A stretch of 64,000 bases of DNA, from positions 5,656 to 69,655 of the forward strand of contig JAFRSR010000121.1 in the NCBI GenBank assembly GCA_017427485.1, written 5' to 3'. The notes beneath the pieces are model-generated. The model did no database searches. It saw only the letters and a program-made list of their open reading frames with translations, and was not told the DNA's origin. Positions 17,338 to 28,366 of this stretch are shown piece after piece. Numbering within the stretch: position 1 is the first letter of the stretch; the number at the start of each line of letters is the position of its first letter. A program made the position numbers and the translations under genes. Source of the DNA: Kiritimatiellia bacterium (GTDB lineage Bacteria; Verrucomicrobiota; Kiritimatiellia; RFP12; UBA1067).

Positions 17338-17416
17338 ACAGCAGAAATATCTCGTTGCCCCCTTGCGATGGATATTCGCATTTTGGTAGAATGTTTTCGT
17401 TTGAAGGAGTAGAGTC

Positions 17417-20400
17417 ATGTCATTGAAGATCTATTGCGGAAGCCGGATCGAGAATCTGGCGGAGAAGTTGAAAGAGTTCCTATTGAAGGATCGACAGGGC
17501 AAGGATAAGGATCCGTTTTTGTTCTCCAAGGTCGTGGTGCCGAACGTCAATGTGGCGAAGTGGCTGCAGATACGGATGTTCGCCAAGGAGCCGGACCTCT
17601 GCGCGGGCATCAAGTTCCCTTTCATGGAGAAGGAGCTGAAGGAATTGATGATGGCGGGGCTGCCGCCGGAAGAGCGGGCAGAAGTCGATCTTCTGCCAGA
17701 CCATGCCTACGCGAATGCGATTGTGTCCATCCTGCTGGCGGATCCTAGGAAACAGCCGGAGCATGGCAAACTCGCCCCGTTTCGTAGCTACATCATGAAC
17801 TCTGATGATCCCGCAGATGCAGTCGCGATTACCGAACAGAAGCAGGCGGCGATGACTTGGCAGCTGGCGGACAAGCTAGCAAACCTGATGGACTCCTACG
17901 AGGTGTATCGTCCTGAGATCATCGAGGAGTGGCTGGGAACCGGAAAGTGCCCATACGACTTGCCGAAAGGCGCAACGGCAGAAGCGGAGGCCGCGCTGGC
18001 GCGTGCGCTGTGGGGCACGAATGGAAAATTCCAGCAAGATGGTAAGCTTTTGTCGTTGCGGCAGCTGTATAACCGAGTCAAGGGAAAAGCTCCAAGCGAG
18101 ACACCGAAGACAATCTACTTCTTCGGACAGTCGACGCTTTCCTATCTGCAGGCGCAGATTCTGGTCTGGCTGGCGAAGACGCACAATGTCGTGGTGTTTT
18201 ACCGCAATCCCTGCCGCGAGTTCTGGGAGGATATCAAGACGGCCAAGGAGGAACGCAAGGCGCGCGGGGAAAGCATTGCCGGTGCCAATCCTGAAGAAGA
18301 AGTCATTTGCGAGAACGAGCTTCTCAAGACGCTGGGCATCGCGGGACGGGAGACGTTGCGCTTGCTGGTGGAACTTGAAGCGTCGCCGGATGAAGCCGAG
18401 CGAATCGGATTCGACAGGGAGTCGCTTGACGATGAAGAGGCTGCGGATGAAACGGTTCTAGAAAAGATGCAGGAATCCATTCGATGCCGAACGAGTGAGG
18501 TCGCGAAATGCCGACAGGATGCGTCGGTTCAGATTGTCGGCACGCCCGGCGTGCGCCGCGAGATCGAGATGGTGTACAATTCGATCCTCGGAAGCGTCGC
18601 ACGTCCGAAAGAGGTATCGGGAAAGCGTCCGTGGCCGGACTGCTCGTTCTCGGACATCGCCGTGATCGTGCCGGACATGCAGACGTACCGTCCGGTGATC
18701 GAGGCCGTCTTTGATGCGCGTGGCGAGGTGCCGTACGGCCTTCTCGACACGTCCGCCAGCGACGACAGCAATTACCTTCGCGGGTTCCTCTCCTTGATAG
18801 AGCTCGGACGCAAGGGGCTGAACCGTGAGCGGCTTTTCAACGTGCTGGAGAATCCGTGCGTGCAGCGCGCGCTGGGGTTCGCACGCGAGGATGTCGTCAA
18901 GTGGCGTGAACTTACCGAGAAGATCGGCGCCTTCGACGGGTTCAAGCACGATGACGATGCGGGGTATTTCGACTGGTCGTCGGCGCTGAAGCGTCTTCGC
19001 CTTGCGCGGCTCGCCAACAAGGTCAGCGACGAGGACGGGAACGACCTTCCGCTCGTCAATGCTGGCGGAGACGAGGCTCTCAAGCTTTCCGAAGTCGTGG
19101 AACTGCTGTACCGCGATTTGTCCGACACGCTGTTCGACGAGGAGGGGAAGCCTCGCGCCCTGCCGTTAGTCGCCGATCGGGAGGAAGACGGGACGCGCGC
19201 AGACTGTTGGGCGGAACGCCTGGTTCGTCTCGCGAAGTCGTATCTTGCAGTCGATAAGGATGACAATCTCGAGAACAAGGTGGGTCAGTCCGTGATCGGG
19301 ACGCTCTACTCGCTTGGGGGGATTTCCGGCGGGCAGAGCTTTGAACTGGCCGCGTCCGCAGTGGAGCATTTCGTGGGCGGCATCCCCTGCCGCAAGGGCA
19401 GTTTTCTGACGAGCGGCGTCACGATCGGCGGATTCTCTTCCCTGAGCGCGATTCCGTTCAAGCAGGTTTACATGATGGGCATGGGCGCGGGTGGTTTCCC
19501 GGGCCGCGCAAGCGACTCCACGCTGGACGTTCGCGGAACGGGCTGGCGTCTGGGCGACGTCTCGATTCCGAACCGCAACCGGTTCCTGTTCCTCGAATCC
19601 ATCATGTCGGTTCGCGACCGGCTGGTTTTCAGTTACCCCAACAAGGACATCGAGAAGGACGCGGAGCTGTTCCCATCCGGCATCGTGCGGGAGGTGGAGA
19701 AGTTCATCGGCAAGCACGTGCTGGACTACGATGCCCAGACGGAGGAGAAAGATAAAAAGTTCCAGGAGTTCAAGTGTTATCCGCTTCTGGAACGTGGAGA
19801 AGCGGGGCCGCGCAAGGAGGGCGAGAAGCGTCCGACAGACGACATCGTCTGGGTAGCCGACGATCCCTTCGCGGGGCTGCTGCCGACGTATTCCAAGGCG
19901 GCGCGAAAACTGGCACGCGCGCGGGCCGAGGGGGAGGGTGCGAAACTTGAAGTCAAGGCGGTCACGGAGGAGGAGGCAAAGCCGAGGTTAGAACTTTCGG
20001 CGAAGGTTCTGGCGGATTTCCTGAAGAATCCTGTCCGTGCCGTGATGCGCTATCGTTTCGGCATCAGTGTGGCGGGCTATCTTGAAACCGACCTCGACCC
20101 GGATAGTCCGCTTGGTTCCTTGGATGGCCCCGACAAGTGGAATCTCCAGGCGAAGTGGCTGGAGTCGGATGCGAGCGGGGAAATGGAAAAGGAGATTCGC
20201 CGACTGCAGCTGTCTGGAAAGATGCCGACGGGTTTCCTCGGCGAATACGCCAAAAGCGCAATCATGCAGAAGGCCGGTGCGGGACTTGACGGCATCAAGG
20301 CTTTCGTGGAGGGTTTTGCCCTGTCCGACGGTAAAGACAACACGTTGCATCTTGACCACGTTGCTGATTTTGGCATCGGCGGAGCGGATGAACTGAAAGT

Positions 20401-20986
20401 GCGCTTTGTCGCCGAGGTCCTGAACTGGAAGGATGAGGGGGACGAAGTGCCGGTGCTCGTGACGGGATGGCTTGGGGAGAAGGTGCCCAAACTACCGTCC
20501 GATAATTGCTTTGACGCCTTTCTTGCCTATCTGATGGCCTTGCTCTCAGGGAAGTGTACGGCGCAAAGGTTGAAGGTTGGAGTTGTCGATCTCACGAACG
20601 GAACGACCTGCGCCTGGATGTGGAGTGGTATTGACGCCGATATGGCGGGCAAGTATCTCGAAACGCTCGCGCGGTCTTTCCTGACGTATGAACAGACACG
20701 TGACGGCAAGATGGTCGACTTCACCAGCAAGAAACTTTTGGAGGCCTTGAACAAGTACAAGCCGCCGTATGCCTGGGACGAGATACTGGAGACGGTGACT
20801 GGCGAAGATCACGACAATTCAAGCCGTTCCTTCAACAACGACCTCGTGTTGGAGCAGAATCTTGAGCGGTTCAAACGAGAACCAGGAAATGGCGAGGAGC
20901 TTAAGGGAATATACGAGGAACGCTACCAGCTGCCAGTGAGCGGCACCCGTGTGGAGACGGTTGAAGAGGAGGCGAACCATGAGTGA
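17417..20986 (+). CDS. recC: Exodeoxyribonuclease V gamma subunit
   Basis: N-terminal SRIENLAEKL..DPF..VVVPN..WL, NPCREFWEDI, REIE, DIAV.VPD...Y.P.IEAVF, IPFK.V..MGM..G.FP and FLESIMSVRDRL.FSY. First gene of a recCBD arrangement. Confidence 0.9.
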   Translation: MSLKIYCGSRIENLAEKLKEFLLKDRQGKDKDPFLFSKVVVPNVNVAKWLQIRMFAKEPDLCAGIKFPFMEKELKELMMAGLPPEERAEVDLLPDHAYANAIVSILLADPRKQPEHGKLAPFRSYIMNSDDPADAVAITEQKQAAMTWQLADKLANLMDSYEVYRPEIIEEWLGTGKCPYDLPKGATAEAEAALARALWGTNGKFQQDGKLLSLRQLYNRVKGKAPSETPKTIYFFGQSTLSYLQAQILVWLAKTHNVVVFYRNPCREFWEDIKTAKEERKARGESIAGANPEEEVICENELLKTLGIAGRETLRLLVELEASPDEAERIGFDRESLDDEEAADETVLEKMQESIRCRTSEVAKCRQDASVQIVGTPGVRREIEMVYNSILGSVARPKEVSGKRPWPDCSFSDIAVIVPDMQTYRPVIEAVFDARGEVPYGLLDTSASDDSNYLRGFLSLIELGRKGLNRERLFNVLENPCVQRALGFAREDVVKWRELTEKIGAFDGFKHDDDAGYFDWSSALKRLRLARLANKVSDEDGNDLPLVNAGGDEALKLSEVVELLYRDLSDTLFDEEGKPRALPLVADREEDGTRADCWAERLVRLAKSYLAVDKDDNLENKVGQSVIGTLYSLGGISGGQSFELAASAVEHFVGGIPCRKGSFLTSGVTIGGFSSLSAIPFKQVYMMGMGAGGFPGRASDSTLDVRGTGWRLGDVSIPNRNRFLFLESIMSVRDRLVFSYPNKDIEKDAELFPSGIVREVEKFIGKHVLDYDAQTEEKDKKFQEFKCYPLLERGEAGPRKEGEKRPTDDIVWVADDPFAGLLPTYSKAARKLARARAEGEGAKLEVKAVTEEEAKPRLELSAKVLADFLKNPVRAVMRYRFGISVAGYLETDLDPDSPLGSLDGPDKWNLQAKWLESDASGEMEKEIRRLQLSGKMPTGFLGEYAKSAIMQKAGAGLDGIKAFVEGFALSDGKDNTLHLDHVADFGIGGADELKVRFVAEVLNWKDEGDEVPVLVTGWLGEKVPKLPSDNCFDAFLAYLMALLSGKCTAQRLKVGVVDLTNGTTCAWMWSGIDADMAGKYLETLARSFLTYEQTRDGKMVDFTSKKLLEALNKYKPPYAWDEILETVTGEDHDNSSRSFNNDLVLEQNLERFKREPGNGEELKGIYEERYQLPVSGTRVETVEEEANHE

Positions 20987-23900
20987 GGAGAACAAAGTCA
21001 TCAAAGAGCGGCTGGGTGAGCGTGACGCGCAGGGCTGCTTTTGCGACGATAAGTACGTCTGCAACACCATCGACTATACGAGGGATGCAATCATCGAGGC
21101 GTCTGCGGGCACGGGCAAGACATACACGCTCCAGAGCATCGTCCTCAAGTTGTTGCTGGAGGGGACTATCGATAGCGTGAAGAACCTGCTGCTCGTGACA
21201 TACACGGAGAAGGCGGCGGGCGAGCTCAAGGACAAGATCCGCGAGGTGCTGGATGAGGCCGGGTGCCTGCCATCGGACTTTGACGAGGTCACGATCTGCA
21301 CGATCCATTCCTTCTGCCGCAGCCTCCTGACGGAATACGCCTTCGAGAACCGCGTCCCGATGCAGGTGGAAATCGGAGGCTCGGATAATGACCTCATCCA
21401 CCGCGCCGTGCGCACGGCCCTCCAGTGTGCCGAGTTCAAGGCGCGTTACGGGACATCGTACGGAGCCTACATGGAAAAAGCAGGCCTGACGTCCACGGAT
21501 GACCTCGTGGCGGCGGCCGAGAACGAATTGAAGGACAGTATGAGGTTGGGACAATCGCCGTCTGCCCCGGACGATGTCTGCAATGATGTTCGCCGAATTC
21601 TTCAGGAAACTATAAAGGTTACCAGTTTCAATTTTGAAGGTTTGGCCGTCCATGGCAGCGATAAGGGATTCCAGCCGGCATGTGAGATTGTCCGTGCAAA
21701 GAGCAATGACTTTTCTGCTGAAGATTTCCTGAAATTGTTTGACGCGGTTTCGAGCATTGCTGGGGTGTCAGTGAAGCAAGGCAAAACATTTGAGAAGTTA
21801 AATCCACGTATCAAAGTCGACGGGAAATGGGCTCGCCTATATGAAGTTCGTCCAGACCTGCGCAGATTCGCAGAAACGTTGCGAAATGCACGCGAAGTTC
21901 TTTCGAGGCAATTTGTAAACGGCCTTGCATTCCTCGCATGGCCAGTGTTCAAGCGTCTTAAGGAAGAAGTGTCCATGCTGACGTTCGACGATCTTGTGAG
22001 CCGAGCCCACGATGCCATCGTCGCAGAGTCCAAATTGGGCGAGCAGAGCGTGTTGCTCAAGTCTATACGCCATACATACCGCATTGCGCTTGTGGACGAA
22101 TTCCAGGATACCGACGGCAAGCAGTGGGAGATATTCAAGAGCATCTTCTCGGATGAGGTCAACAAGATCGACGATGGACCCAAGCCGAAGCAGGGCGCGC
22201 TGCTGGTTGTCGGTGACCCCAAGCAGGCGATCTATTCCTTCAGGGGAGCGGATGTCGGGGCTTATCTTATAGCCAAGGGAGATATCACAAAATACAATGC
22301 CGCCGCACGCCACTCGCTGGACACGACTTACCGCTCTTCTCCGAAACTCGTCAATGCGTTCAATAGGATTTTCGGCGCGAAGGTTGGAGCTGATCCTTTC
22401 TGGTTTGAGGGCATGAAGGAAGGTGACGGAAGCATCGACTACGAAGATGTCAACCCGCCGCCGGACGGTACCGAGAAATTCAATGGGATTGCGCCCCATG
22501 ACGAGTTCGGCGAGCCGGTGGAGCTACTGGAATCTCTGCCGCAGGACAAGGAGCCAAAGACGCCGGCTGCCTCCAATTCGGGATATGGAAACAAGACACG
22601 CTGTCTGCCTGAGTTCCTGCGCAACACCGCGCGGGAGATCAAACGTCTCATGGCGCTTAATCCCGCCTATACGACCGTGGACAAGGACACCGGCGGACGG
22701 GTGCCGCACACATTCTCCTACCGTGACATGTGCATTCTTGTGCGTGGGCATGCAGACGCGAACAAGGCGCGGGAGATTCTTGCCTCCGCCAACATTCCCT
22801 TTTCAATCTACAAGGAGCAGGGAATATATGCCTCTGCCGAGGCCGAGGCGTTGCTTGCGCTCTTCGACTTCCTTTCCGTGCCCAGTCGGCGCGGACGTCT
22901 TGAGGCGCTTTTGCTTACCCCCCTCTTTGGATATAGTCCGGATCAGCTTGAGGCTCGGCGCAAGCAGGAAGATCGCGAATTCTCCAAGCAGCTGGATGTT
23001 TGGCAGGAGCTTGTTTCCAAGAAGGAGTGGAGCAAGTTGTTCGAAAGCGTGATGAACGATACCTTGCTCGCGCATCCGGCCAAGGACGATTCCGACTTCG
23101 ACCGTCGCTGGGCGGCGACACGTCAGATACTCGACAAGCTTTTGGAACAGGTTGGGCGTAAGGCGCAGACAATCGACGAGTTCGCGGACGTTCTTCGCTC
23201 TTGGCGTCAGGACGACAAGCGCGCCGGAGAAGACGGGGCGCTGCGGCGCAAGGAGTCCGATGCTGATCGCGTCCAGATCATGACGATGCACGTCTCGAAG
23301 GGACTGGAGTACCCGGTCGTGTTCATCGCGTGGGGCTTTGGAGAACTTGCCTATCAGGTCAAGGACGAGGAGAAGGAGGCAGCCATTCGCGAGGAGAAGC
23401 GTCTGCTCTACGTGGCACTGACCCGCGCAGAGCATAAGCTTTACCTTCCCTGGTCCCGATGGGCACAGCATCAGCGACTAGTTAAAAGCAAGGCGGCAAA
23501 TGAAAAGATCCCGGTAAGTGAAACCGGCATCGGCAGCGCTGGCTCGGCGTTGCTGATCCAGGAGGGAAATCCGAATTCCGGTTTCCTTGCCCGCGGTATC
23601 CGCGCGTTCTTCAAAAGCGACGATGCGGCGAAGTGCGATGATGCGGCGAAGGCGGCAGTGATGAAGGTGTCGGAACGCCTGCGGAAGTTCGATAGCATGC
23701 CGAAGAGCACTTCCAAGCAAGATGCCGCGACAGAGGTCGGAGCCGCGGATCCTAAAATCAAGGTTTACGAGCTGGATGCCAATGCGCTTGCGCGGCAGAA
23801 GATCGATGACGATTCGTACTCGTCCGTCCATCGAAAAGCGAAAAAAGCCGTCGAATCGGCGGATGATGCCGGCAAGGGCGACGAAAACCATGACGATGAC

Positions 23901-24713
23901 ATGTCGCAGAATAAGAAGACTCTCCTGCCGCGCAACAACATTTCGGGCGACGTGTTTCACGAGATCATGGAGACGCTGTGCAACAACGACGACTCCGACG
24001 GCGAGACGCTGGGATTCTGTACGGTAGGCAAGGCGGATTTCGGGACATTAGTGAAGAAAGCGAAATCCCCCTTGCTGAGCCTTATTGGCAAGGTCATGCG
24101 CAAGCATCAGCTTTCCTCTCAGAAAGGCGCGAAGGACGCTCAGAAAGACGCGAAGGGGGAAACCACGGAGCTTGTGCTGGCCCGCATGGTCTGGCGTGTG
24201 TTGAACATTCCGATTGTCATTGGCGGCAGGCCAATCGTACTCAAGGACATTGGCGCATCCAACCGTCGTGCAGAGCTGGAGTTCGTGGTGAATCGCGCGA
24301 AAGTGCTGGGCGATGAGGTTGCATCGGACGGCGGCGGTCGCGGGGCGACCGCCCTACCGGATCCGCAGAGTGAAAGCACGTTTAACGGAAAAATCGATCT
24401 GCTGGTTCGCCCCGATGGCTTGGGAGCGCCCGTCTACATCCTTGACTGGAAGACGAATTCGCTATCAGACTATGGTTCTAAGGCCCTGGAGCGCTCGATG
24501 ACGAAGTCGGACTATCACCTCCAGTACAGATTCTACTCGCAGGCGGTGCGGTATTGGCTGCATGGAGCCGAGCTCGGCGGGGTAGCCTACCTGTACGTCC
24601 GCGCGGGCGAGCATTCGAAGAGTCTAGAGGGGGATACGGGCGTATTCGTCGCCAAGGCTGCGGATATCTCCCAGGAGACCTGCCGTGCGGCAATCAAAGA
24701 TGCATTGAAGTGA
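20979..24713 (+). CDS. recB: Exodeoxyribonuclease V beta subunit (UvrD-like helicase plus nuclease)
   Basis: IEASAGTGKTYT, TIHSFC, LVDEFQDTD, VGDPKQAIYSFRGAD, MTMHVSKGLEYP, RLLYVALTRA. C-terminal GKIDL...ILDWKTN...Y.LQ..FY nuclease motif. Confidence 0.93.
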   Translation: MSEENKVIKERLGERDAQGCFCDDKYVCNTIDYTRDAIIEASAGTGKTYTLQSIVLKLLLEGTIDSVKNLLLVTYTEKAAGELKDKIREVLDEAGCLPSDFDEVTICTIHSFCRSLLTEYAFENRVPMQVEIGGSDNDLIHRAVRTALQCAEFKARYGTSYGAYMEKAGLTSTDDLVAAAENELKDSMRLGQSPSAPDDVCNDVRRILQETIKVTSFNFEGLAVHGSDKGFQPACEIVRAKSNDFSAEDFLKLFDAVSSIAGVSVKQGKTFEKLNPRIKVDGKWARLYEVRPDLRRFAETLRNAREVLSRQFVNGLAFLAWPVFKRLKEEVSMLTFDDLVSRAHDAIVAESKLGEQSVLLKSIRHTYRIALVDEFQDTDGKQWEIFKSIFSDEVNKIDDGPKPKQGALLVVGDPKQAIYSFRGADVGAYLIAKGDITKYNAAARHSLDTTYRSSPKLVNAFNRIFGAKVGADPFWFEGMKEGDGSIDYEDVNPPPDGTEKFNGIAPHDEFGEPVELLESLPQDKEPKTPAASNSGYGNKTRCLPEFLRNTAREIKRLMALNPAYTTVDKDTGGRVPHTFSYRDMCILVRGHADANKAREILASANIPFSIYKEQGIYASAEAEALLALFDFLSVPSRRGRLEALLLTPLFGYSPDQLEARRKQEDREFSKQLDVWQELVSKKEWSKLFESVMNDTLLAHPAKDDSDFDRRWAATRQILDKLLEQVGRKAQTIDEFADVLRSWRQDDKRAGEDGALRRKESDADRVQIMTMHVSKGLEYPVVFIAWGFGELAYQVKDEEKEAAIREEKRLLYVALTRAEHKLYLPWSRWAQHQRLVKSKAANEKIPVSETGIGSAGSALLIQEGNPNSGFLARGIRAFFKSDDAAKCDDAAKAAVMKVSERLRKFDSMPKSTSKQDAATEVGAADPKIKVYELDANALARQKIDDDSYSSVHRKAKKAVESADDAGKGDENHDDDMSQNKKTLLPRNNISGDVFHEIMETLCNNDDSDGETLGFCTVGKADFGTLVKKAKSPLLSLIGKVMRKHQLSSQKGAKDAQKDAKGETTELVLARMVWRVLNIPIVIGGRPIVLKDIGASNRRAELEFVVNRAKVLGDEVASDGGGRGATALPDPQSESTFNGKIDLLVRPDGLGAPVYILDWKTNSLSDYGSKALERSMTKSDYHLQYRFYSQAVRYWLHGAELGGVAYLYVRAGEHSKSLEGDTGVFVAKAADISQETCRAAIKDALK

Positions 24714-24726
24714 GAGGAACTTTGCC

Positions 24727-26700
24727 ATGACAATTGAAGAAGCGGTGCGGCGGTTGCGTCTATTCGGGATCCCGCCAGCGGGCGACGGAACGAAGGAGGT
24801 CCGGGATGTTCTTGCTCACATTCTCGCGGGAGGCGCGCTGTCGCTTTCGGATATGCAGTCCGCACGCGATGTTGTGGAGCACCTGCGGTCCAAGGATCCG
24901 GGCGTGTATCTGTTCCTCGCCGCGATGTGCCTTTCGCTGAAGGACGGGAATACGTTCCTTCGGATCGGGAAGGGGGCGGACCTGCTGAAGAAGGCGGGGC
25001 ACATGGAGGATGGACATGACGCCAAGCACAACACATCGGTCGATGAGTGCTGGGTGAAGTATGCGCAGGCTGCAGGCGATGTGCTGGCGAAAGGGGATGG
25101 ACAGCTTGTCACTTGCACGGACGTCGCCAAGGACGAAAAGGGATGGTTCTTCGAACGGGTCTGGGATTCGGTGAAGGCGGTGTCGGACAGGCTGAGCGAG
25201 ATGGCGGGGGAAGGAGATTTTGGCGAGTTGCCGGAGGAGATTGTCCGCAAGTCGGTTCTGTTTAACGGCAAGGATGGTCAATACTCCTTGAACGGTGAAC
25301 AGCAACAAGCCGTAAGGACGGTTGGAAAACGTCGGTTCACCGTGGTCACCGGAGGACCTGGTACGGGCAAGACGACGGTGGTCTGCGCAATCTTGCGCGC
25401 CTTGATGGAGAGCAAAGTCGTGACCGCCGAGGACGTTGCGCTGGTTGCGCCGACCGGGCGCGCCGGACAGCGGATGGGGGAGTCGATACATGACCAATGC
25501 GAAGCGGCGGTCGGAATGCCCGCAGAGATCAAAAGTCAGATCAAGGAAATGTCAGGCGCGACGATCCACACGACATTGGGCGGCTTTCCGCCGAACTGGA
25601 AGTACACGAAGGAGAACCAACTCCCGTACAAGCTGGTAATCGTCGATGAATCGTCGATGGTTGACGTGCACCTGATGAAGGCACTCCTCGATGCGTTGCC
25701 CGATCAATGTCGTCTAGTGTTGCTGGGCGATAAGGACCAGTTGCCGTCCGTTGAAGCGGGGGCGGTGCTGGGCGACGTGGTGGCAAACTATGACGAACGG
25801 ACGGTCGTCGAGCTGAAGGAATCGAACCGCTTTAAGGGGGCGCTCGCCGATTGCGCCCGCGCGGTCAATGGGGGCGACAAGGCACTCTTCGAAAAATCGG
25901 CTAAGGTATTGCCGGTTGCGGGCGAGGTCTGGACGGAATCCTTGTCCAGTGAGGATGACGAGAACGTCAACCGCGTGTTCCATTATGACATCGGGGAATC
26001 GGTGAAGCCGGATGCCTGCCGCAAGCTGCTTCTTGAATGGGTGCGTAACTACGGGCTGCTTCACGTCCCGGCAGACGCGGCCAAGGGAACGGCTCGGGCC
26101 GAAGGTCTGCTTATCGGCGCCGCGAAGTCAGTGGGGACGGACAATTCCGTTTTCAAGGATGGTACAAAGACAGATGAGGTCGCTGCTTTGTTCACGCAGC
26201 TTAACCAGTCCCGCATCCTGACAGTGGTGCGCGAGGGCCCGTTTGGGGCCGTCGGCATCAACGACCTTGTCATTACGGAGCGATTTGGCGGACGTCGCCC
26301 GGCGAATCCGCTGTCGAAGGTCGGCGTGCCTGTCATCGTCACGCGAAACACGCGCGAACGGAATCTCTGGAACGGGGACATCGGCGTGACCGTGAGGGGG
26401 CCGGACGGGATGACCGTTTTGTTCCCGCGGGGCAAGAAGGTCGCGGTGTGTCCTGTTGGCCTCCTGCCCGAGCATGAGCTTGCGTATGCGATGACGGTGC
26501 ACAAGAGCCAGGGGTCGGAGTTTGGGAACGTGATGGTGGTTTTGCCCGACGACAAGGAGCATCCGCTTCTCAACAGGCAGATCGTCTACACCGGCATCAC
26601 CCGCGCGAAGAAGCGGGCCGTGCTCGTGGGAACCAGGGCGGCGCTTGACACGGCGCTGAAGAGGAAGGTGGAAAGGGACACCGGGATTAAGCGACACTAA
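24727..26700 (+). CDS. recD: Exodeoxyribonuclease V alpha subunit
   Basis: VTGGPGTGKTT, APTGRAG, VIVDESSMVD, LGDKDQLPSVEAG, NGDIG, YAMTVHKSQGSEF, YTGITRAK. Confidence 0.93.
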   Translation: MTIEEAVRRLRLFGIPPAGDGTKEVRDVLAHILAGGALSLSDMQSARDVVEHLRSKDPGVYLFLAAMCLSLKDGNTFLRIGKGADLLKKAGHMEDGHDAKHNTSVDECWVKYAQAAGDVLAKGDGQLVTCTDVAKDEKGWFFERVWDSVKAVSDRLSEMAGEGDFGELPEEIVRKSVLFNGKDGQYSLNGEQQQAVRTVGKRRFTVVTGGPGTGKTTVVCAILRALMESKVVTAEDVALVAPTGRAGQRMGESIHDQCEAAVGMPAEIKSQIKEMSGATIHTTLGGFPPNWKYTKENQLPYKLVIVDESSMVDVHLMKALLDALPDQCRLVLLGDKDQLPSVEAGAVLGDVVANYDERTVVELKESNRFKGALADCARAVNGGDKALFEKSAKVLPVAGEVWTESLSSEDDENVNRVFHYDIGESVKPDACRKLLLEWVRNYGLLHVPADAAKGTARAEGLLIGAAKSVGTDNSVFKDGTKTDEVAALFTQLNQSRILTVVREGPFGAVGINDLVITERFGGRRPANPLSKVGVPVIVTRNTRERNLWNGDIGVTVRGPDGMTVLFPRGKKVAVCPVGLLPEHELAYAMTVHKSQGSEFGNVMVVLPDDKEHPLLNRQIVYTGITRAKKRAVLVGTRAALDTALKRKVERDTGIKRH

Positions 26701-26752
26701 GCTTTCAAAAGGTAGCGGACACGGGGCGCGGAAGTGTGGTATAATAAACGCC

Positions 26753-28324
26753 GTGGAGAAATGCTTCAACATCGCGGGGCCGTGCTTCCCGGACGAGCAC
26801 TACATGTTGCCGGCGCTTGAAAGGCTGCCGGGGATCATGCGCATCGTCGAGCAACGTAGCTACTTCGTGTTGCACGCCGCGCGGCAGTCAGGCAAGACGA
26901 CGGCGCTCTTGGCGCTTGTGAAGGAAATCAATGCGAAGGGCGAGATGAACGCCCTCTATTTCACCGTCGAGACCGTCCAGCGGTTCACTGACCCCAGAGA
27001 CGGAATACCGAAGATCGTGGAGTCGATGCGCAATGCCGTCTTGCGTCATCCAATCTTCAAGGATCTCGTCCGCGATCCCGATTCGTCCATTCCCGCGCTT
27101 CTCCCGCCGCCGCGGGGTCTGGATGTCAAGGCGCTGCTTGCCATGTTATCCGAACATTCAAAGAAGCCGCTCGCCGTGTTCTTCGACGAGGTGGACTGCC
27201 TTTCGGACGACACGCTCGTGACTTTTCTCCGCCAGCTACGTGACGGCTACATTACGCGGGACACTTCACCTTTCCCCTCGTCGATCGCACTTGTTGGGAT
27301 GCGCGATATCCGCGACTACAAGGCTCGGATCCGTCCGGACGGCCAGACGCTCGGCGACGCGAGCCCGTTCAACATCATCAAGCGCGACCTGACGATTCCC
27401 AACTTCGGCAGGGATGACGTAGCCCGTCTCTACGCGCAGCATACAGAGGCGACCGGACAGGTCTTTTGCGACGGGGTTGTGGACAGGGTGTACGAATACA
27501 CGCGCGGCCAGCCGTGGCTCGTGAACGCCCTTGCCGAGGAGTGCGTCGAGAATATCCACGCATATCGTTACGACGAGCCTGTTACCGTCGATGACATCGC
27601 CACGGCGAAGGAGACGATCATCCGCGCAAGGGGCACGCATGTGGACAGCCTCATGGAACGGCTGAAGGAACCGCGCGTGAGACGCATCGTGGAGCCGGTC
27701 ATTCTCGGCAAGGAACGCGGAATGCCCGTCAATGATGACGACTATAGATACGTCCTTGATCTAGGGCTTCTCCGCGAGAACGAGAACCGCGTACTCGTCC
27801 CGGGCAATTCGATGTATGCCGAGATCATCCTCCGGTATCTTTCCAACGACGAGCAGGTGTATTTCTACTCGAAGTACGAGAAGCCGTTCTGGCTCAAGCC
27901 CGACGGCTCGCTCGACATGCCCGCGCTGATGGCGGAGTTCCAGCGGTTCTGGCGCGAGAACAGCGGGGCGGACCACGAGGTGTACGGCTACAACGAGGCG
28001 ACGCCGCACCTCGTGCTGATGGGCTACCTCCAGCGCGTCGTGAACGGCGGAGGGCGCATCGCCCGCGAGATGGCGCTCGGCTCGAAGCGCCTCGACCTCT
28101 GCGTGGAGTTCGGGAAGTTCCGCTACGCCGTGGAGCTCAAGATGAAGCGCAACTTCTCGCCGACCGAATCGCCCGCGCAGCTCGTCGGCTACCTCGACCA
28201 CCTCAAGCTTCCCGAAGGCTGGATGGCGATTTTCGACGATGACGCGTTAAAGTCCTGGGACGAGAAGATCTACACCCGCGACGAGGTGGTAGACGGCAAG
28301 ACCATCCACTTCATCGGACTGTGA
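26753..28324 (+). CDS. AAA-family ATPase with C-terminal PD-(D/E)XK nuclease-like domain
   Basis: FNIAGPC, Walker A ARQSGKTT, Walker B FFDEVD, SPFNI, GQPWLVNAL, C-terminal RE...G..RLDL......AVELK. Confidence 0.8.
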   Translation: MEKCFNIAGPCFPDEHYMLPALERLPGIMRIVEQRSYFVLHAARQSGKTTALLALVKEINAKGEMNALYFTVETVQRFTDPRDGIPKIVESMRNAVLRHPIFKDLVRDPDSSIPALLPPPRGLDVKALLAMLSEHSKKPLAVFFDEVDCLSDDTLVTFLRQLRDGYITRDTSPFPSSIALVGMRDIRDYKARIRPDGQTLGDASPFNIIKRDLTIPNFGRDDVARLYAQHTEATGQVFCDGVVDRVYEYTRGQPWLVNALAEECVENIHAYRYDEPVTVDDIATAKETIIRARGTHVDSLMERLKEPRVRRIVEPVILGKERGMPVNDDDYRYVLDLGLLRENENRVLVPGNSMYAEIILRYLSNDEQVYFYSKYEKPFWLKPDGSLDMPALMAEFQRFWRENSGADHEVYGYNEATPHLVLMGYLQRVVNGGGRIAREMALGSKRLDLCVEFGKFRYAVELKMKRNFSPTESPAQLVGYLDHLKLPEGWMAIFDDDALKSWDEKIYTRDEVVDGKTIHFIGL

Positions 28325-28366
28325 GGACCTGACGATGGTGCATGAAATGAATTTTCGGCATCATGG

